Source of the DNA: the human T2T-CHM13v2.0 reference genome, Homo sapiens
Strand: one strand, 5' to 3'
NCBI RefSeq assembly: GCF_009914755.1
Contig: NC_060932.1
Length of the DNA: 64,000 nucleotides
Below the pieces are notes generated by a model. That model was not told the DNA's origin, made no database searches, and was given only the letters and a program-made list of their open reading frames with translations. Shown here piece after piece: positions 60,074-64,000 of this stretch (positions are counted from its first letter, which is position 1; each line of letters opens with the position of its first letter). A program made the translations under genes and the position numbers.

Positions 60074-60437
60074 CAGACCACCTTTGACTTAAAGATGGTT
60101 GGACTTACAATTTTTTAACCTTATAATAGCGTGAAAATCATCCACATTCTGTAGAAACCATACTCTGAGTGCCCACACAACCATTCTGTTTTTCACCTTC
60201 AGTACAGTGTTCCATGAATTCGAGGAGATAGTCAACACATTATAAAACAGGCATTAAGTGAGACGATGTTGGCCAACTGCAGGCCAGTGTCAGTGTTATG
60301 AGCTTATTAGGAGTAGGCTGGGCTAAGTTACGATGTTTGGTGGGTTAAATGTATTAAACGTGTTTCCCACTTACGATGTTTTTAGTGTATGATGGGTTTG
60401 TGGGGACATAATCCCATTGCAAGTTGAGGAGCATCTG
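60074..60437. mobile_element. MER47-like Tigger (TcMar) non-autonomous DNA transposon
   Basis: TA-flanked; imperfect terminal inverted repeats cagaccacctttgactt ... aagttgaggagcatctg. Confidence 0.7.
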
Positions 60438-60915
60438 TATATTTATTTTTTCCCTGTAATGATGCAAAATATGGACTATATGGAGTCACATTTGAAATAT
60501 TTAAAATGTGATCATGAAGTCCTATAGATACATTTGTGTTGGTTGATTATCCAGACAATAATCTTACAGGTACTATGTATTACCTTAAAAGGTTGTAATT
60601 TATTTGCTACTTTTATAACTTGAAATTTTCTTCCTTTGCTTCATGGGTTTCAAGAGTCATTGACATGATTTAATAGGATATTTTTGGACTTAAACAAAAT
60701 TGCTTCCTGATAGGTATTCCTAGATCCCAGAGAGTTAACCTTAAAAAGATCTTTTTCCTGTGAAGCATCACATGGAAATGAAAGGGGAGTGGACGTCTTG
60801 CTCCCAACACGTCATATTCCAGCCTTGTCTTTCCCGTTCAGTTTGCGAATGGTTAGGTGATGTTTGCCATTGGTGGTGGAGGCCGAATAATGCCGCACAG
60901 TTCTCTGTATGATAG

Positions 60916-61403
60916 TGTGATGGTGGAGTTCATGTGGCAACTTGACTGGGCCATGGAGTGCCCAGATATCTGGTTAAACATTATTGTGGGTGTGTCTGAG
61001 AGGGTGACTCTGGATGAGGTTAGCATTTGGAGGGGTGGACGAGGTGAAGCAGATGCTTTCCCCAGTGTGGGTGGGCCACGTCCTATCTAGTGGAAGAAAC
61101 AAAACAGCTGACTCTTCCATAGAGAGAGGGAATTCCTCCTGCCTTTGAACTGCGACTTGCACCATGAGCCCGCCCAGATCTCCAGCTTGCCACTCTCCCT
61201 GCAGATCTCGGAACTCGTCAGCCTCATTGACGACAGGAGCCAATTCCTTATCCTCTTTCTCTGTATGTATTCACCTGTGTCTCTATTGTCTGTCTCTTCC
61301 TTACCATCTCTCTCTATATGTGTTCATCTATATCTCTATCGTCTGTCCATCCATCCCACCCATGTTCCATTAATTCTGTTTCTCTGAAAAGCCCCAACTA
61401 ATA
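60916..61403 (+). mobile_element. MLT2 (ERVL) solo LTR
   Basis: Starts tgtgatgg...caacttgactgggcc; ends ttctgtttctctgaaaagccccaactaata. Confidence 0.75.
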
Positions 61404-62189
61404 TCATACCCTTAAAGGGTATTTTTTCAGGTTCTGTATTTAAAATGATCAGAGAATTTACTAAGAGAATTCTCACCATCAGCTCTTCACACTGGAAAAC
61501 AATTTGAAAATTAAAAAGCTAGGTCAGAAACTTCAGTCCTTGTAGCTGTGTTGGGGGAATGTTCATTAAAATAAAGGCCGCTGTCTCAGTGTCAATGTGC
61601 TGTTTGAAAACAGGTGTCAGAGGCACAGTCTCTGCTGACAGGTCGAGGCTGGCACTGCTGGGACAGGTCACTAGTTAGGCTGGTGTGTCAGGAGTGAAGG
61701 GGGCCAGAGGGCAAACGGATCAAAATCCCCTTCTGGAAAGGAGAACCCAGGTGGGCTTGGAAAGCCAGCGTCGAAAACTTTTGTCCCTTCTTCTAATCAG
61801 CGTCTGTCACCACAGAGAAGTGATGGAAAGGCCAGAGAAGCGTCGGAAAGGCCAGGGCACAGGGCAGAGGCAGAGGTGAGCGGACAGTGGAGGAGGATCC
61901 AGGACTTCAGCAGACACAGGGCTCAGGCTTTGGCTCATCTGACAGCGGTGCCGGGGCATGGAGGCCACCACCATTGAAGGCCTGTGGACTGATGGTTCCA
62001 GGGACAGAGTCCTCTGTGAATTTCCAGCAGGACACTGCAGTGAGACTAGTGCAGACAGTCCCCCAGCTGGTTGCTGGATCTGGAACTGAAGTCTCCAAGC
62101 TAGAGTCCATGACCCCAGGGGAACCCTAGCGTAAGGTATTCATGAATTCAGGGCTGCTCACAGTTAGATGGGATAAAAAGTGTGTCTTT

Positions 62190-62434
<245 letters not shown>

Positions 62435-64000
62435 TTATCTTCACTAACTTTCACTAACTTGAATTTACAATTTCCTTCCATTATGAATGCAGACAGCAGA
62501 ACACATTCCTATGAGATTCATGCTAACAATATCAAGATAGCTTATCATCACTGAAGAGTTCTTGCAATGGTCTGGAAACACCACCCTCCCCACGCTTGAG
62601 GCTGCAGGAGCTGCCAGTCCCCTGCCGGGTCTCTCTCTCATTGCATGCCGGCTGCTATAAGGAAGCGTCATAGCCTGCCTGGCTTATGAACCCCAGAGAT
62701 TTATCTCTCACAGTTATGGAGGCTGGAAGTCTGGGGTCAGGGTGTCCAGTGTGGGCAGCCTCCTTGTTCATAGGCAGCAGCTTTTCCCTGCGTCCTCACA
62801 TGGTGGAAAAAGCGTAAGGAAGTTCCCTAGGATCCCTTTATAAAGGCACGAATCCCTCATCCTGCCCCCAGACAATCCACAAACCCACGGTCACAGACGT
62901 CGGTCATCTCTTCCACATTTCATGTCACTGCCATGCCCAAGGCCTGTGGCGATAAGCCAGATGAGTTTAAATTAACCCGTGCGTGTACCGTGCCACACCA
63001 GGCTCAATAAATATTGGTTCAACGTATGAGTGAGTGATTTGAAAATTTACAGTTGATAAGCTCTTTAATTCCTTTTCTATTGAGAGTTTGTCCTAACTTA
63101 GAGGACTCTGACGTTTAAGTTATAAACTCCACTGTGCTCGGCTGTTAGCCTTGGCATCGACTTGAGCCTTTTTCTGTAGAGTTCCTTTCTGAGGACAATA
63201 CTTACTCAGGGGCACCCATGCATCCTTATCAGATGTTCTATGTGGACATGATTCAATTATCTATAACCGACATGTGCAAGAAATAACATTTTTTTTTAAA
63301 TCAACTTCCATTCTAAGTTCCCACCCCTCCTGCGTGGTGTACTGTGAAATTCAGCCTCTGTCATTTCAGGTTAAACCCAAGGCAATACCAAAACCAGGAC
63401 TCCCAGGAGGTTTGGAGGCATCTGGGAAGCCTCCTGGTCATAGGCCATTGGTCCCCTCATTGGTCCCCTCCGGCTGTTATGAGATCCCCAGGTCCCCTTC
63501 TGCATGCAGGATTCGCTCAAGTCTGCAGACCTTCCCTGGGGCATGATCAGGACAGGGGCCGTGTTCTGCAGCTGCTCAGAGACCCGCAGGTCCCCTTCTC
63601 TGGCTGTCATCATTCCCAGCTTCCGGCCTCTTTCCTCCTCTCCCTGAGCCCCTGGTCCCCTCAGTCATGTCTCTACTGAGTACAGGCTTTTGTGAAAGTC
63701 ATGGTGATCTTTGCCAATGGAGAGGATATCGTGGGGTTGGCTTCCTCCCATAGAAATCTCTGAAAAGAAGAACCGCTGATCTCACTTGAAATGGGAAGAA
63801 TTGTGGGGAAAACCTACAAATCCTATCACAAAGGTTTATTCTGCAACGTGAGTGGAGTGCAGGCGTTTCCCAGATCGGCAGCCACCACGAGGTCATCCTT
63901 GGATGGCGTCTGAACACATGTCTGGGGAGAGGTCCGGAGGGGCCCAAAAAATCATTGCCTGTGACGCTTCAAAATTTAACTTTATTCTCCAGAAAAGTAA

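Overview
This is human genomic DNA (a near-perfect AluYb8, L1PA elements). It lies inside the long neuronal gene DLGAP2 (SAPAP2, subtelomeric chr8p23.3), transcribed on the + strand. Two coding exons are present (41828-41975 and 47915-48134), each encoding one guanylate-kinase-binding repeat. The rest is intron filled with transposons (Alu, L1, L2, MIR, MLT, MER) and at least nine distinct minisatellites. The main accessory feature is a sense-oriented, nearly full-length L1PA2-type LINE-1 (22667-28653) with open ORF1, ORF2 and antisense ORF0 and a 15-bp target-site duplication (TSD). It lacks the first ~51 nt including the YY1 site, has one extra G at the 5' junction, and carries several probably damaging substitutions. 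It sits head-to-head with an older antisense L1PA7 whose 3' tip appears chimeric. Other points of interest are a VNTR overlapping the likely branch point of a DLGAP2 exon and an exon junction that rebuilds a 5' splice site (possible recursive splicing). I found no evidence of a wholly new multi-gene system. Almost all other ORFs in the track are repeat artefacts. Subfamily calls and consensus comparisons are from recall, not from an alignment.
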